Of a stretch of 64,000 nucleotides of DNA, positions 1 through 9,184 are shown piece by piece. The first letter of the stretch is position 1, and each line of letters opens with the position of its first letter. A program made the position numbers and the translations under genes. Location: positions 11 through 64,010 of the forward strand of contig JAYENI010000157.1 of assembly GCA_034722015.1 (NCBI GenBank), in the 5' to 3' direction. A model generated the notes under the pieces. It ran no database searches, had not been told where the DNA came from, and worked only from the letters and a program-made list of their open reading frames with translations. Source of the stretch: Pseudomonadota bacterium (GTDB lineage: Bacteria > Pseudomonadota > Gammaproteobacteria > JAJDOJ01).

Positions 1-287
1 GGCGGGGATTCTTCACGAACCGACCCGGTATCTACGTCCAGTTCGCCCTGACGGCTTCCGGCGCTGGAATTGCGGCGTTTCGCTATGTCGTATGCCATGG
101 CGACATTCAATCCAGGAATCCATGAGTGATTTACGGCGGTGCATCAGCCCTGTGCCGCAGGTCATGCCCCCCCGGGGAGTTCGCGGTGGATCACACCCCT
201 GCATATGCTATTTATAATAACAGTATTCTTGATGAGACCCGCATGTCTTGTCGCATCCCGGGGCAAGCCTTGACGTTTCCCCGACAG

Positions 288-962
288 TCAATTTTCGAGC
301 AATGTCCGAATCTCGGGTGCGATCGGGTATTCGGGATAACGCGCCACGAAACCTTTCAGCATGGCGCGCGCCCGCGCCGTTTCGCCGGTCTCGATCAGTC
401 GCTCGATCTCTTTCAGCTGCCGGGCGGCCGGGGGCGAGTCGTCCGCCAAGAACTCCTCACGCGGCATCGCCTGATACCTGAGAGCCGGCGGGGGGGATTC
501 TTGCAGTTTGTACTGCGGTGTCGCTTCGATCGGCATGTCACGCCTCGACCGGGCTGCCGGGGGCGAGGCGACTTCCGCTGCACGCGGCGGCATGACCATA
601 TCGGCGTTGAGTTCGATAACCGGTTCGACGGTTTCGCGGTCCTTGCTTGCCGGTCCGGCGGAGGCGGGCGCGGGATGATCGGGTCGCGAGTCGGGACCCT
701 CCGGGAGCTTGCCGGACTCCTGTCGTAGCAGGGGAACCAGAATGATGGAGATCATCAGTACGGCCGCCATGGAGACGGGCACGGTCCAGCGGCCCGAGAA
801 GGGACCCGCCGTTCGCGGACCGGACTTCACTTCGCGCCTGGATGCGGCAAGGATGGCCGCGTCCACCTCGGGGCGCGGTTTCTCACGGCGCGCCCGGCGG
901 TACAGCGAAGAGATGGTGGGGTCTTCGTCGTCCGGGTCCGGTTTGTCGTGTCTGTCGCTCAT
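288..962 (-). CDS. anti-sigma factor (single-pass membrane, ECF partner)
   Basis: Lies immediately downstream of ECF sigma gene (start 962 vs upstream stop 969). Has a central hydrophobic segment VPVSMAAVLMISIILVPLL and a Pro/Ala-rich C-terminal region. No recognisable enzymatic motif. Confidence 0.5.
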   Translation of the reverse strand: MSDRHDKPDPDDEDPTISSLYRRARREKPRPEVDAAILAASRREVKSGPRTAGPFSGRWTVPVSMAAVLMISIILVPLLRQESGKLPEGPDSRPDHPAPASAGPASKDRETVEPVIELNADMVMPPRAAEVASPPAARSRRDMPIEATPQYKLQESPPPALRYQAMPREEFLADDSPPAARQLKEIERLIETGETARARAMLKGFVARYPEYPIAPEIRTLLEN

Positions 963-968
963 TTCGTT

Positions 969-1523
969 TTACCGCAGACCGTCCCGCAGCCGCCGCACGG
1001 CATAGCGCAAGCGGCTCTTTGCGGTCTCCTTCGACACGCCCGTGGCATCGGCGATCGCCTCGACCCTCAACCCGCCTTCCTCGCGTAACAGGAAGGCCTC
1101 GCGCTGCGGTCCCGGCAATCCCTTCAACAGTTCCAGCAGCCGCTCCACCAGCAGGCGTGTGTGGGTGCGTTGGTCGGGTGCGTCCGAGGCCGCCGCGGGC
1201 AGGGTCTCAGGATCTTTCGGGTCCCCGGGGTTGCGCAATGCCGCCATGTTGCCGGTGTGGCGATAGTGGTCCACCAGACGGTTGTGGGCGAGGGTGTAGA
1301 GCCAGGTTCTGAATCTGGCGCGGGGTTCGTACCGGTCCCGCGCCCTGATGAGTTTCATCCACACGTCCTGGAACAGCTCCTCGGCCAGGTTTTCACTCTC
1401 GCACTGCCTCAGGAAATAGCGATACAGTGGTCCTTTGTGACGGGCATAGAGCGTATTGAAAGCGGCGGTGTCGCCATCGCGATACCGTTGCATGAGTTCC
1501 TCGTCGCCCGGTTCTCCGTCCAT
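969..1523 (-). CDS. ECF-type RNA polymerase sigma factor (RpoE family)
   Basis: 184 aa. Sigma-70 region 2 (ELFQDVWMKLIRARDRYEPRARFRTWLYTLAHNRLVDHYR) and region 4 HTH (QREAFLLREEGGLRVEAIADATGVSKETAKSRLRYAVRRL). ATG start verified. Confidence 0.85.
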   Translation of the reverse strand: MDGEPGDEELMQRYRDGDTAAFNTLYARHKGPLYRYFLRQCESENLAEELFQDVWMKLIRARDRYEPRARFRTWLYTLAHNRLVDHYRHTGNMAALRNPGDPKDPETLPAAASDAPDQRTHTRLLVERLLELLKGLPGPQREAFLLREEGGLRVEAIADATGVSKETAKSRLRYAVRRLRDGLR

Positions 1524-1562
1524 CAGTTCCTGAGCATAGCGCTTCCCTGCGACCTTGCGCGT

Positions 1563-3347
1563 CTACCGGGACGCCATGGGTTCCGGTGTTTCCAGGGCCG
1601 CCGCCAGGGAGACCAGTGTGATGAACTCGCCCCGGTATCCGTGGGTGTCGTCGCCGCGCGCGCCCCGTGCCAGGTCGAGCACCTCTTCGTAACCGAACCG
1701 GTCCAGATAACGGCCGCCTCGCAGCAGTTGTCCGAATCCCGCTACGGCCGCCGAAAAGCGGTAACGGTCGCTCGTGTCGGCGGAGGACACGATAACGCCG
1801 GTTTTACGCACAGGGGCCTCGACGAGGCGGCTTGCCTGCCCCAGGGCCTCCTTGTAGCGAACGCGAAGCATCGCCAGTTCGTCCGGGTGCCCGGTCGTGT
1901 GTGATGGCGTGGCCCCGTAGCGCAGGGGCTTGACGCGGTTCCCACCGCCGCCGGTGAGGGCGATCTCGTAGAGCGCCGTGACGCTGTGGCCGGCGCCGAT
2001 CTCTCCCGCGTCCACCTTGTCATTGGAGAAATCCTCGCGGCGCAGCGTACGGTTCTCGTAGCCGATCAGCCGGTACTCGGACACCAGTGTCGGGTTGAAC
2101 TCCACCTGGATCTTGACGTCCCTGGCGATGGTACGCAGGGTCGAGCTCATTTCCTCGACCAATACCTTGCGGGCCTCGTTCAGCGTGTCGATGTAGGCGT
2201 GATTGCCGTTGCCGGCATCTGCGAGTTGTTCCATCAGGTGATCGTTGTAGTTGCCGGCGCCGAATCCCAGGGTCGTCAGCGAGATCCCGCTCGTGCGCCG
2301 GTCCTCCACGAGGTCCGTGAGGGCCTCGAAATCGACGGTGCCGACGTTGAAGTCGCCGTCGGTTGCGATGATCACGCGGTTGATCCCACCCTCGACATAG
2401 CCCTGCGAGGCCATGGCGTAGGCGAGCCGGATCCCCGCGCCGCCGTTGGTCGAGCCGCCAGCGGCAAGGCCTTCCAGCGCCGCGATGATCTCGCCCTTGC
2501 GGTCTCCCGAGGTGGGCTCCAGAACGACGCCCGAGGCGCCTGCGTAGACGACGATCGAGACGGTGTCGGTCGCACGCAACTGGCGGGCGAGGAGTTTGAG
2601 CGCGGACTTGAGCAGTCCGAGCTTGTTCTCCGATTGCATGGAACCCGAGACGTCGACCAGGAAGACCAGATTGGCCGGGGGCAGTTCCTCGCGGGGCAGA
2701 TCGTAGCCCTGTATGCCGATGTGCAGCAGGTGCGTTTGCGCGTTCCAGGGGGTCGGGGCGACTTCGGTGAAGAGCCGAAAGGGGGTGTCTTCGCCTCTCG
2801 GGGCAGGGTAGTCGTAGTCGAAGTAGTTGATCATTTCCTCGACACGGACGGCGTTTTTCACCGGCAGACGTCCGGCGTTCAGGATCCTGCGTGCGTTGCT
2901 GTAGGCCCCGGTATCGACATCGATGCTGAAGGTCGAAACAGGCGCCTCGGCGACCCGCCTGAGCGGATTGTCATCGAAGTGCGCATAGGTCTCCCGGTTG
3001 ACCGGTTCGGAGGCCGGCCGGATGCCAGGCGGCGTCGCGATGGGGGTCGTGAGGTACGCCTGGTCCGCGAGCTTCCTGCCGGCGCGCTCGGGCAACCCGG
3101 CCGAATGCGGGATCGTGGCAGGTGATTCCCGTGGTGAAGTCTCCCTGACCCTGCCGGGAGTGACTTCGTCCTTGGTCGCGGGAAAGACCGGTTCAGTTTT
3201 CCCGGGATCCACGGGCATTTCCCTGTCCGGTCCCCGTGTCACCTCCGGTTCCGGTGAATTGTTCGGACTGCGCGATGCGTTGCAGGCAGCCATGGCCGCC
3301 GCGAATGCCGCCACAAGTGCCAGCGTGTTGATGTTGATCGATTTCAT
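1563..3347 (-). CDS. von Willebrand factor A (VWA) domain lipoprotein, YfbK-like
   Basis: MIDAS-type motif VFLVDVSGSM. Lipoprotein signal MKSININTLALVAAFAAAMAAC. The ORF-track start at 3401 is TTG; I chose the internal ATG at 3347, which is preceded by GGAG. Confidence 0.75.
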   Translation of the reverse strand: MKSININTLALVAAFAAAMAACNASRSPNNSPEPEVTRGPDREMPVDPGKTEPVFPATKDEVTPGRVRETSPRESPATIPHSAGLPERAGRKLADQAYLTTPIATPPGIRPASEPVNRETYAHFDDNPLRRVAEAPVSTFSIDVDTGAYSNARRILNAGRLPVKNAVRVEEMINYFDYDYPAPRGEDTPFRLFTEVAPTPWNAQTHLLHIGIQGYDLPREELPPANLVFLVDVSGSMQSENKLGLLKSALKLLARQLRATDTVSIVVYAGASGVVLEPTSGDRKGEIIAALEGLAAGGSTNGGAGIRLAYAMASQGYVEGGINRVIIATDGDFNVGTVDFEALTDLVEDRRTSGISLTTLGFGAGNYNDHLMEQLADAGNGNHAYIDTLNEARKVLVEEMSSTLRTIARDVKIQVEFNPTLVSEYRLIGYENRTLRREDFSNDKVDAGEIGAGHSVTALYEIALTGGGGNRVKPLRYGATPSHTTGHPDELAMLRVRYKEALGQASRLVEAPVRKTGVIVSSADTSDRYRFSAAVAGFGQLLRGGRYLDRFGYEEVLDLARGARGDDTHGYRGEFITLVSLAAALETPEPMASR

Positions 3348-3502
3348 GTGATATTCGCTCCGTTTTCTTGCCGGTTTCGTGGAACCGAACGGCCCGTTCA
3401 ATGCCCCGGGAGTAGCCGATTGACAGGGACGACCCGGCGGGGGCCAGACACCGTCTCCTGTTCCTGTAAACGCAGGAAACTGGAAAAGGGGTTAAGCCGA
3501 TG

Positions 3503-3518
3503 TCTGTCAATCGCCTAA
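3503..3518. repeat. TIR-derived remnant
   Basis: TCTGTCAATCGCCTAA combines the TTTCTGTCAA and CAATCGCCTAA TIR segments. Lies in the VWA/membrane-protein divergent intergenic region. Confidence 0.4.
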
Positions 3519-3673
3519 ATCGCGGAGAAAGCAGGGCGGTATCGCCTGGTCCGCAGCAGCCATCCGCGGGACCGCCCGCCGCGGTCGGGGCGGCGACCGG
3601 ACCTGATACACGAACGTTTTTTTTGTCGTACACTGATTCGGAACGCTGCAGCAGATGGCGGCGGTGACCGGAG

Positions 3674-4276
3674 GTGCCGGAGATTATGTTTCGAAGACTC
3701 GCTCTGGGTGGCCTGTTCGGCGGAGTCGTGATGTTCGTATGGGGGGCGGTGTCGTGGCTTACCCTGCCATGGCATCACACCACGTTGCTGAACTTTTCCG
3801 ACGAGGCAGCCGTGGCGGCGATCATCTCCGACAACGCGCAGCAAAGTGGAATGTACCTCCTGCCCAATCCCGGCAAATTTGCGCCGGGCGCCGACGAAGC
3901 GGAGCAGCTACGCTATTTCGACGACGCCGCCGCGCGAATGAAGCAGGGGCCATTCGTGTTTGTCTCAGTCAAGCGGGAGGGGTCGGACCCTGACAATCCG
4001 GCACCGTTCATCCTGTCTCTCGTCACACGGGTCGTCGCGGCACTGCTGATGACGGGTCTGGTGCTGCTGTCCGCACACAATGGTTACTGGCGTCGCGTCG
4101 CTTTCGTGACTGCGTTGGGAGTACTCACGGGACTGATGGCGACGTTTCCCAGCTGGAACTGGTGGAAATTCGATTCGATGTTCACCCTGGTGAATTTCGC
4201 GGACTACGTGATTCAGTTCCTGCTTGCCGGACTGGTCATCGCGGGAATTACGGGCGACCCGCCGGAGTCGGGTTGA
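3674..4276 (+). CDS. hypothetical inner-membrane protein (approximately 4 TM segments)
   Basis: The ORF has several hydrophobic helices. GTG at 3674 or ATG at 3686 are possible starts. The TGA stop abuts repeat copy 1. Confidence 0.45.
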   Translation: MPEIMFRRLALGGLFGGVVMFVWGAVSWLTLPWHHTTLLNFSDEAAVAAIISDNAQQSGMYLLPNPGKFAPGADEAEQLRYFDDAAARMKQGPFVFVSVKREGSDPDNPAPFILSLVTRVVAALLMTGLVLLSAHNGYWRRVAFVTALGVLTGLMATFPSWNWWKFDSMFTLVNFADYVIQFLLAGLVIAGITGDPPESG

Positions 4277-4436
4277 GGCGATTGCCGGAAAATGACATAC
4301 CGGATTGCGCCGGATTTTCGTTTGTCATCAAGGCGCGACAACAGGCGCATCGTCGAACGATGGAACGGTTGTCGCAACACAGAAGACGAATGAAAAGACA
4401 AGCAAGATGGTATGTCATTTGACAGAAATCGCCTGA
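4273..4436 (-). repeat. MITE-like ~160-bp TIR element, copy 1
   Basis: Termini ...GAGGCGATTGCCGGAAAATGACATACC / GGTATGTCATTTGACAGAAATCGCCT. Internal nested palindrome GTTGCGACAAC...CATCGTTCGACGATG...GTTGTCGCG. Orientation labels are relative to copy 9, taken as +. Confidence 0.85.
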
Positions 4437-4484
4437 GCATCCGTGGCAGATTGTGGAGCCCGATGCAGCAATGGTCTCGGTCGG

Positions 4485-5273
4485 ATGGCGATAGCCTGGT
4501 TCAGGTTCTACGAAGAGTTGAACGACTTTCTGACTCCCGGACGGCGCAAGGTGGCCTTTCGCCACATTTTTGACCGCAGGGCCTCGGTCAAGGACATGAT
4601 CGAGTCGTTCGGCGTGCCCCACACGGAGGTGGATCTGATTCTGGTCAACGGCGAGTCGGCGGGTTTCAACCGTATCGTGCGGGACCACGATCGCGTGAGC
4701 GTCTACCCGGTGTTCGAGTCGCTGGATGTCTCACCACTGCTGCGGCTGCGCGAGCGGCCCTTGCGGCGCACACGGTTCGTCGTGGATTGCAACCTGGGGC
4801 GCCTGGCTCGATATTTGCGCCTTCTGGGGTTCGACACACGCTATGAAAACGATTTTCGGGACGAGGCGGTAGCACGGATATCAGGCGAGGAGGGACGCGT
4901 GTTGCTGACGCGTGACCGACGCCTCCTGCAGCGTCGGATCGTCACCCACGGTATGTTCATTCGCGAAACCGATCCGCGGCGTCAGGTCACCGAGGTCCTG
5001 CGACGACTCGACCTCGGGCGCGACATCTCGCCCTTCACGCGTTGTTCGCGCTGTAACGGACGGCTCGAAGTGGTTGACAAGTCCGAAGTCCTGGAACGTC
5101 TCGAACCGAAGACACGCCGCTACTACCACGTCTTCCGGCGCTGCACCGACTGCGGGCAGATTTACTGGAAGGGCAGTCATCACGACCGCGCGCAACGGTT
5201 GGTGGCGGAATTCCTCGAGACTGAGGGCGGGGATTCCGACGTCGGGCGCAAAGCCCACCCACGGCCCCGATGA
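4485..5273 (+). CDS. Mut7-C RNase domain protein (MoaD/ThiS-like N-terminus, PIN-like nuclease domain, C-terminal Zn ribbon)
   Basis: N-terminal beta-grasp-like segment, then an acidic-residue PIN-like core (VVDCNLGRLARYLRLLGFDT) and C-terminal CSRCNG...CTDCGQ. Start moved to the ATG at 4485 because the longer ORF begins inside repeat copy 1. Confidence 0.6.
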   Translation: MAIAWFRFYEELNDFLTPGRRKVAFRHIFDRRASVKDMIESFGVPHTEVDLILVNGESAGFNRIVRDHDRVSVYPVFESLDVSPLLRLRERPLRRTRFVVDCNLGRLARYLRLLGFDTRYENDFRDEAVARISGEEGRVLLTRDRRLLQRRIVTHGMFIRETDPRRQVTEVLRRLDLGRDISPFTRCSRCNGRLEVVDKSEVLERLEPKTRRYYHVFRRCTDCGQIYWKGSHHDRAQRLVAEFLETEGGDSDVGRKAHPRPR

Positions 5274-6031
5274 GCGCGTCGGGCCGGCAAGGGCGCCGGT
5301 ACCAGGACCGCGATCGGGTGTACGCCCGCCCGCGGGAAGATCTCGTGGATTTCGCCTTCGACGCGGAAGTCGCGCGCGTCTTCCCGGACATGATCCGTCG
5401 TTCGGTGCCGGGGTACGAGACCCTGACCGGCCTCCTCGGCGTATTGGCCGAGCGGTACGTCCAGGCCGATACGAACATCTACGACCTTGGTTGTTCCCTG
5501 GGTGCCGCGTCGCTTTCGGTGCGACGGCGTGTGAGGCAATCGGGTACACGCATCGTTGCCGTGGACAACGCCGAGGCGATGGTTCGTCGCTGCAGGACAC
5601 TGATGAGTCAGGAGCGGGAAGGACCACCAGTGGACGTGGTGTGCGCCGATATGCGCAATGTCCACGTCCACAACACCTCTTTCGTCATGGTGAATTTCTC
5701 GTTGCAGTTCCTGCCGGTGGTCGATCGCCGGGCCCTGCTTCAGGGGCTGTCCGATGGCTTGTTGCCGGGTGGTGCGCTGGTGCTTTCCGAAAAGGTCGCG
5801 TTCGAAGACCCGCGCGAGGGTCACCTGAACGCCTCGTTGCATGAGTCGGTCAAGCGGGCCAACGGTTACAGTGCACTGGAGATCAGCCAGAAACGCGCTG
5901 CGCTGGAAAAGGTTCTGGTTCCCGATACGCGCGCCGTGCATATGGCCCGGCTGGGAGACGCGGGTTTCGGGGAGGTGTACGAATGGTTCCGCTGCCTGAA
6001 TTTCGCGTCGATACTGGCGGTGAAGCCGTGA
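5270..6031 (+). CDS. cmoA: carboxy-S-adenosyl-L-methionine synthase CmoA
   Basis: Class I SAM-MTase fold (IYDLGCSLGAASL), conserved CmoA length of ~250 aa. ATGA overlap with the upstream stop. Confidence 0.85.
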   Translation: MSASGRQGRRYQDRDRVYARPREDLVDFAFDAEVARVFPDMIRRSVPGYETLTGLLGVLAERYVQADTNIYDLGCSLGAASLSVRRRVRQSGTRIVAVDNAEAMVRRCRTLMSQEREGPPVDVVCADMRNVHVHNTSFVMVNFSLQFLPVVDRRALLQGLSDGLLPGGALVLSEKVAFEDPREGHLNASLHESVKRANGYSALEISQKRAALEKVLVPDTRAVHMARLGDAGFGEVYEWFRCLNFASILAVKP

Positions 6032-6996
6032 CGGGCCACGGTCCCGGGTTGCCGAAGTTGGCTCCCCCGATAGCGAACTGGGGTGAGGCCGTGTCGCACC
6101 GGGTCGCCGCGGCACTGGGACCCGGGGCCCACGGGCGCATGACGGAATGGATGAACGTCCTGCGGGAGTTGCCCGCGATTACCCCGTCCAGGCTGGTTCT
6201 GGACGCGGCGACGGTGACTATCGGTGCCCCCGGGGAAGTGGACGGGGAAACACAGGGTCGTCTCGAGCAGTGCCTGCGTGCCCTTCGACCGTGGCGCAAG
6301 GGGCCGTTCGAGGTCTTCGGGATCCCTATTGACACCGAGTGGCGCTCGGACATGAAGTGGGACCGGCTCAGCGCGTATATAGAACCATTGGACGGACGTT
6401 GCGTGCTCGACGTCGGTTGCGGTAGCGGTTATCACGTTTTCCGCATGGCGGGCAAGGATGCGGGCCAGGTGGTCGGGGTGGAGCCGTCGTCACTCTACGT
6501 CATGCAGTTCCATGCACTAAGGCGCTACGCGTCCGTTCCGCAAGTCACCGTATTGCCGCTGGCCCTGGAGGACCTTCCGGCGGACGGCTCTTTCGACACG
6601 GTATTCTCCATGGGTGTCCTCTATCACCGGCGATCCCCCCTGGATCATCTGCTGCATCTTCGGGGACAACTGCGCCGTGGTGGCCAGCTGGTACTCGAGA
6701 CGCTGGTCGTCGAGGGGCAGGCGGGCCACGCGCTGTTGCCCGAGGGCCGATACGCCCGGATGCGGAACGTCTGGATGATTCCGTCGCCCGATACGGTCAC
6801 GATGTGGCTGCGTCGCTGCCGCTTTGCCGATGTCCGTTGCATCGATGCGACGCCGACGAGGGAAACGGAGCAGCGGCAAACCGACTGGATGCCCTTCGAG
6901 TCCCTGACCGAGGCACTGGATCCTGACAACCCGGCGTTGACGGTCGAGGGTCACCCCGCCCCGGTCAGGGCCGTCTTTCTTGCCCGGGCAGCCTGA
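6028..6996 (+). CDS. cmoB: tRNA U34 carboxymethyltransferase CmoB
   Basis: IANW...PWRKGPFEVFGIPIDTEWRSDMKWDR...LDVGCGSGYHVFRM matches E. coli CmoB. GTG at 6028 gives a GTGA overlap with cmoA. Alternative ATG start at 5983. Confidence 0.85.
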   Translation: MTGHGPGLPKLAPPIANWGEAVSHRVAAALGPGAHGRMTEWMNVLRELPAITPSRLVLDAATVTIGAPGEVDGETQGRLEQCLRALRPWRKGPFEVFGIPIDTEWRSDMKWDRLSAYIEPLDGRCVLDVGCGSGYHVFRMAGKDAGQVVGVEPSSLYVMQFHALRRYASVPQVTVLPLALEDLPADGSFDTVFSMGVLYHRRSPLDHLLHLRGQLRRGGQLVLETLVVEGQAGHALLPEGRYARMRNVWMIPSPDTVTMWLRRCRFADVRCIDATPTRETEQRQTDWMPFESLTEALDPDNPALTVEGHPAPVRAVFLARAA

Positions 6997-7005
6997 TCTC
7001 CTGCC

Positions 7006-7770
7006 ATGCTCGGGAGGCTATTCGGACAAGGTGGGCGGGGCCTGGAGATCCCGGACGAGGCGTGGTCGGCCCTGTCGAGCGCGCTGGCGCCGGTGGCCCG
7101 TTATCCGGCAGGGGACCGCGACCGTCTGCGACATCTCGCCGGACGATTTCTCGCCGACAAAACCATCGAAGGCGCGGGTGGGCTGGAGATCACCCTGCCC
7201 ATGCAGTGGTTCATCGCCACGCAGGCCTGCATCCCGATACTGAATCTCGACCTGGATCTGTACGATGGCTGGTATGCGGTGGTCGTGTATCCGGGAGAAT
7301 TCCACGTCTCCTCCGAGTTCGTCGACGAGGCCGGGGTAGTCCATGAATCCACGCGTTCGCTCGTTGGTGAGTCCTGGGACCGAGGTCCGGTCATACTTTC
7401 CTGGGAACACACCCTGGAGGGAGCGGGCGACCCCTGGGGAGGCAGCAATGTCGTGATCCATGAGTTCGCGCACAAACTGGACATGCTCAACGGGACCGCT
7501 AACGGGATGCCTCCCCTGCATCGGGACATGGACCGCAGCCTATGGACGGCGGTGTTTTCCGCGGCATTCGAGGAATTCGGTCTGCGACTGGATACCGGTG
7601 CGCCCTTGCCCTGCGACGAATACGCAGGGGAATCCCCGGGAGAGTTCTTCGCGGTATTGAGTGAGGTCTTTTTCATGCGGCCCGAGGCAATCCAGGCTTT
7701 TTATCCCCAGGTCTACCGGCTGTTGGGGACGTACTATCGTCAGGACCCGGCGGCCACGGAGTCGGGTTGA
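7006..7770 (+). CDS. mtfA: MtfA/YeeI family zinc peptidase (M90; Mlc titration factor A-like)
   Basis: HExxH motif HEFAHKLD and the typical ~250-aa length. Confidence 0.75.
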   Translation: MLGRLFGQGGRGLEIPDEAWSALSSALAPVARYPAGDRDRLRHLAGRFLADKTIEGAGGLEITLPMQWFIATQACIPILNLDLDLYDGWYAVVVYPGEFHVSSEFVDEAGVVHESTRSLVGESWDRGPVILSWEHTLEGAGDPWGGSNVVIHEFAHKLDMLNGTANGMPPLHRDMDRSLWTAVFSAAFEEFGLRLDTGAPLPCDEYAGESPGEFFAVLSEVFFMRPEAIQAFYPQVYRLLGTYYRQDPAATESG

Positions 7771-7785
7771 TTCCGGCAATCGCCT
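7771..7785. repeat. TIR remnant (right terminus only)
   Basis: TTCCGGCAATCGCCT matches the right TIR 15/15. Fills the 14-bp gap between convergent mtfA and cysQ. Confidence 0.5.
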
Positions 7786-8609
7786 CAGGTGACCGCGTCG
7801 ATTCGTTGCCGCCAGTTGAAGTCCGGATCGCCGAAGACGACGAAGGAGGGATTTGTCAGGGATTCTTTCGTGTTGTAACGCAGACGCTGAAACTGCAGGT
7901 CGGTCATGCGGCCACCTGCCTCCTCCACGATGCACTGGGCCGCGGCCGTGTCCCATTCGGAGGTTGGCCCGAACCGTGGGTAGATGTCCGCCGTGCCTTC
8001 GGCGACCAGGCAGGATTTGATCGCGCTGCCCATGGGAATCAGGTCGTGCGGGCCCAGCACCTGGAGGAAGACACCGAGCTTTCCGGTTGCGTGCGAACGG
8101 CTGCCCGCGACGACGGGATGCGTCGCGGGTGTCGCGCGGGTGGTCACGGCTGAGTCCGGCCCCTCTCCCGGTCGCTTCCACGCTCCGCCGCCGTTTACTG
8201 CGTGCCAGGTGGTTCCGGTGATCGGTGAATGGATGACCCCGACCACTGCGTCGTGTCCGCTGACCAGCGCAATACTCACGCAGAATTCGCCATTGCCCTT
8301 GATAAATTCCCGGGTCCCGTCCAGGGGATCGACGAGCCAGTAGTGGTCCCATACCGATCGGGTAGCGAATGGACACCTGTCGGACTCCTCGGCCAGGACC
8401 GGGAACCCGTGCGCTGTTGCCGTGAGTCGTTCCACGATGATCTGGTTGGCCGCAAGGTCCGCGGTCGTTACCGGTGTCCGGTCGGCCTTTTCACGGACAG
8501 TGTATTCGCCGTTATAGATGCGGTGGATTTCGTTCCCGGCCGCGATTGCGACGCTGATGGCCTGATCGCGCAGTTCGCCGAGTTCGCGGGTTGGTATGGG
8601 AGGGATCAT
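7785..8609 (-). CDS. cysQ: 3'(2'),5'-bisphosphate nucleotidase CysQ
   Basis: Inositol monophosphatase family motifs (WLVDPLDGTREF, metal-binding Asp residues). Confidence 0.8.
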   Translation of the reverse strand: MIPPIPTRELGELRDQAISVAIAAGNEIHRIYNGEYTVREKADRTPVTTADLAANQIIVERLTATAHGFPVLAEESDRCPFATRSVWDHYWLVDPLDGTREFIKGNGEFCVSIALVSGHDAVVGVIHSPITGTTWHAVNGGGAWKRPGEGPDSAVTTRATPATHPVVAGSRSHATGKLGVFLQVLGPHDLIPMGSAIKSCLVAEGTADIYPRFGPTSEWDTAAAQCIVEEAGGRMTDLQFQRLRYNTKESLTNPSFVVFGDPDFNWRQRIDAVT

Positions 8610-9157
8610 TCGCTACCCGATTTCAGGTGGTCGCGCGTCATGTACAGCGCCGCGATGCTGCGCGCCTCCGAGAAGTCGTCGCGCCGCAGGAGCTCGTCAA
8701 TACGGTCCACTCGCCAGGGAATCACCTCTATCTCCTCCGGCTCGTCCCCTGGCAGGCGTTTCTCGTAGAGGTCCCCCGCCAGCACCACGTGCGTCATGCT
8801 GCCGATATATCCGGGCGCCACGCTGAACGTGGCGAGCTGTTCGAGATGTTTCGCCCCGTAGCCGGTTTCCTCCATGATCTCGCGATTTGCCGCCTCGAGG
8901 ACTTCCTCGCCATCCTCGATGCGTCCCTTGGGGAATCCGACCTCGTAGCGATCGGTCCCCGCGGCGTACTCGCGGATCAGCAACACGGTTTCCCGGTCCA
9001 GCAGTGGCACCACGAGGACCGCCCCGCGCCGGCCCCCCTTGAGGCGTTCGTACCGGGCGCGGGTCCCGTTGGAAAATTCAAGATCCAGTTCCTCCACGCG
9101 AAAGAAGCGCGTCCGGGTAATGGTTCTTTTCTCGAGAATCTTCGGCGTGTTAGGCAT
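8606..9157 (-). CDS. nudE: NUDIX hydrolase, ADP-compounds hydrolase NudE-like
   Basis: Nudix box GFPKGRIEDGEEVLEAANREIMEETG. ATGA overlap with cysQ. Confidence 0.65.
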   Translation of the reverse strand: MPNTPKILEKRTITRTRFFRVEELDLEFSNGTRARYERLKGGRRGAVLVVPLLDRETVLLIREYAAGTDRYEVGFPKGRIEDGEEVLEAANREIMEETGYGAKHLEQLATFSVAPGYIGSMTHVVLAGDLYEKRLPGDEPEEIEVIPWRVDRIDELLRRDDFSEARSIAALYMTRDHLKSGSE

Positions 9158-9184
9158 GGGGAAAGAAGACTACACCTGTTGAGG

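Noticed and set aside
126-728. 200-aa plus-strand ORF overlapping the anti-sigma gene
   Set aside because: Antisense to a gene with better context (sigma/anti-sigma pair). GC-rich antisense ORFs of this kind are expected by chance. Pro/Arg/Gly-rich composition.
1986-3125. 379-aa ORF antisense to the VWA gene. Similar long antisense ORFs lie at 20907-22541, 25320-26909, 30346-31653, 37505-39115 and 62116-63030.
   Set aside because: Each lies opposite a confidently identified conserved gene (pilT/pilU, pyrC'/pyrB, gshB, chpA, DUF1302-like). Arg/Gly/Pro-rich, low-complexity composition typical of high-GC antisense frames.
3470-3520. ECF-type promoter GGAAAC...GTCTG upstream of the membrane-protein gene
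   Set aside because: Spacer length (about 19 nt) does not fit RpoE-type spacing, and part of the match is explained by the TIR remnant.
4162-4422. 86-aa ORF (…LRRLPENDIPDCAGFSFVIKARQQAHRRTMERLSQHRRR…). Related ORFs recur at 4213-4440, 10706-11011, 10979-11623, 19187-19522, 19254-19448, 22775-23077, 22864-23106, 28611-28841, 28768-29016, 61767-62024 and 61884-62210.
   Set aside because: All are translations of the ~160-bp repeat in different frames and strands. The same peptide strings recur because the DNA recurs. No independent coding evidence.
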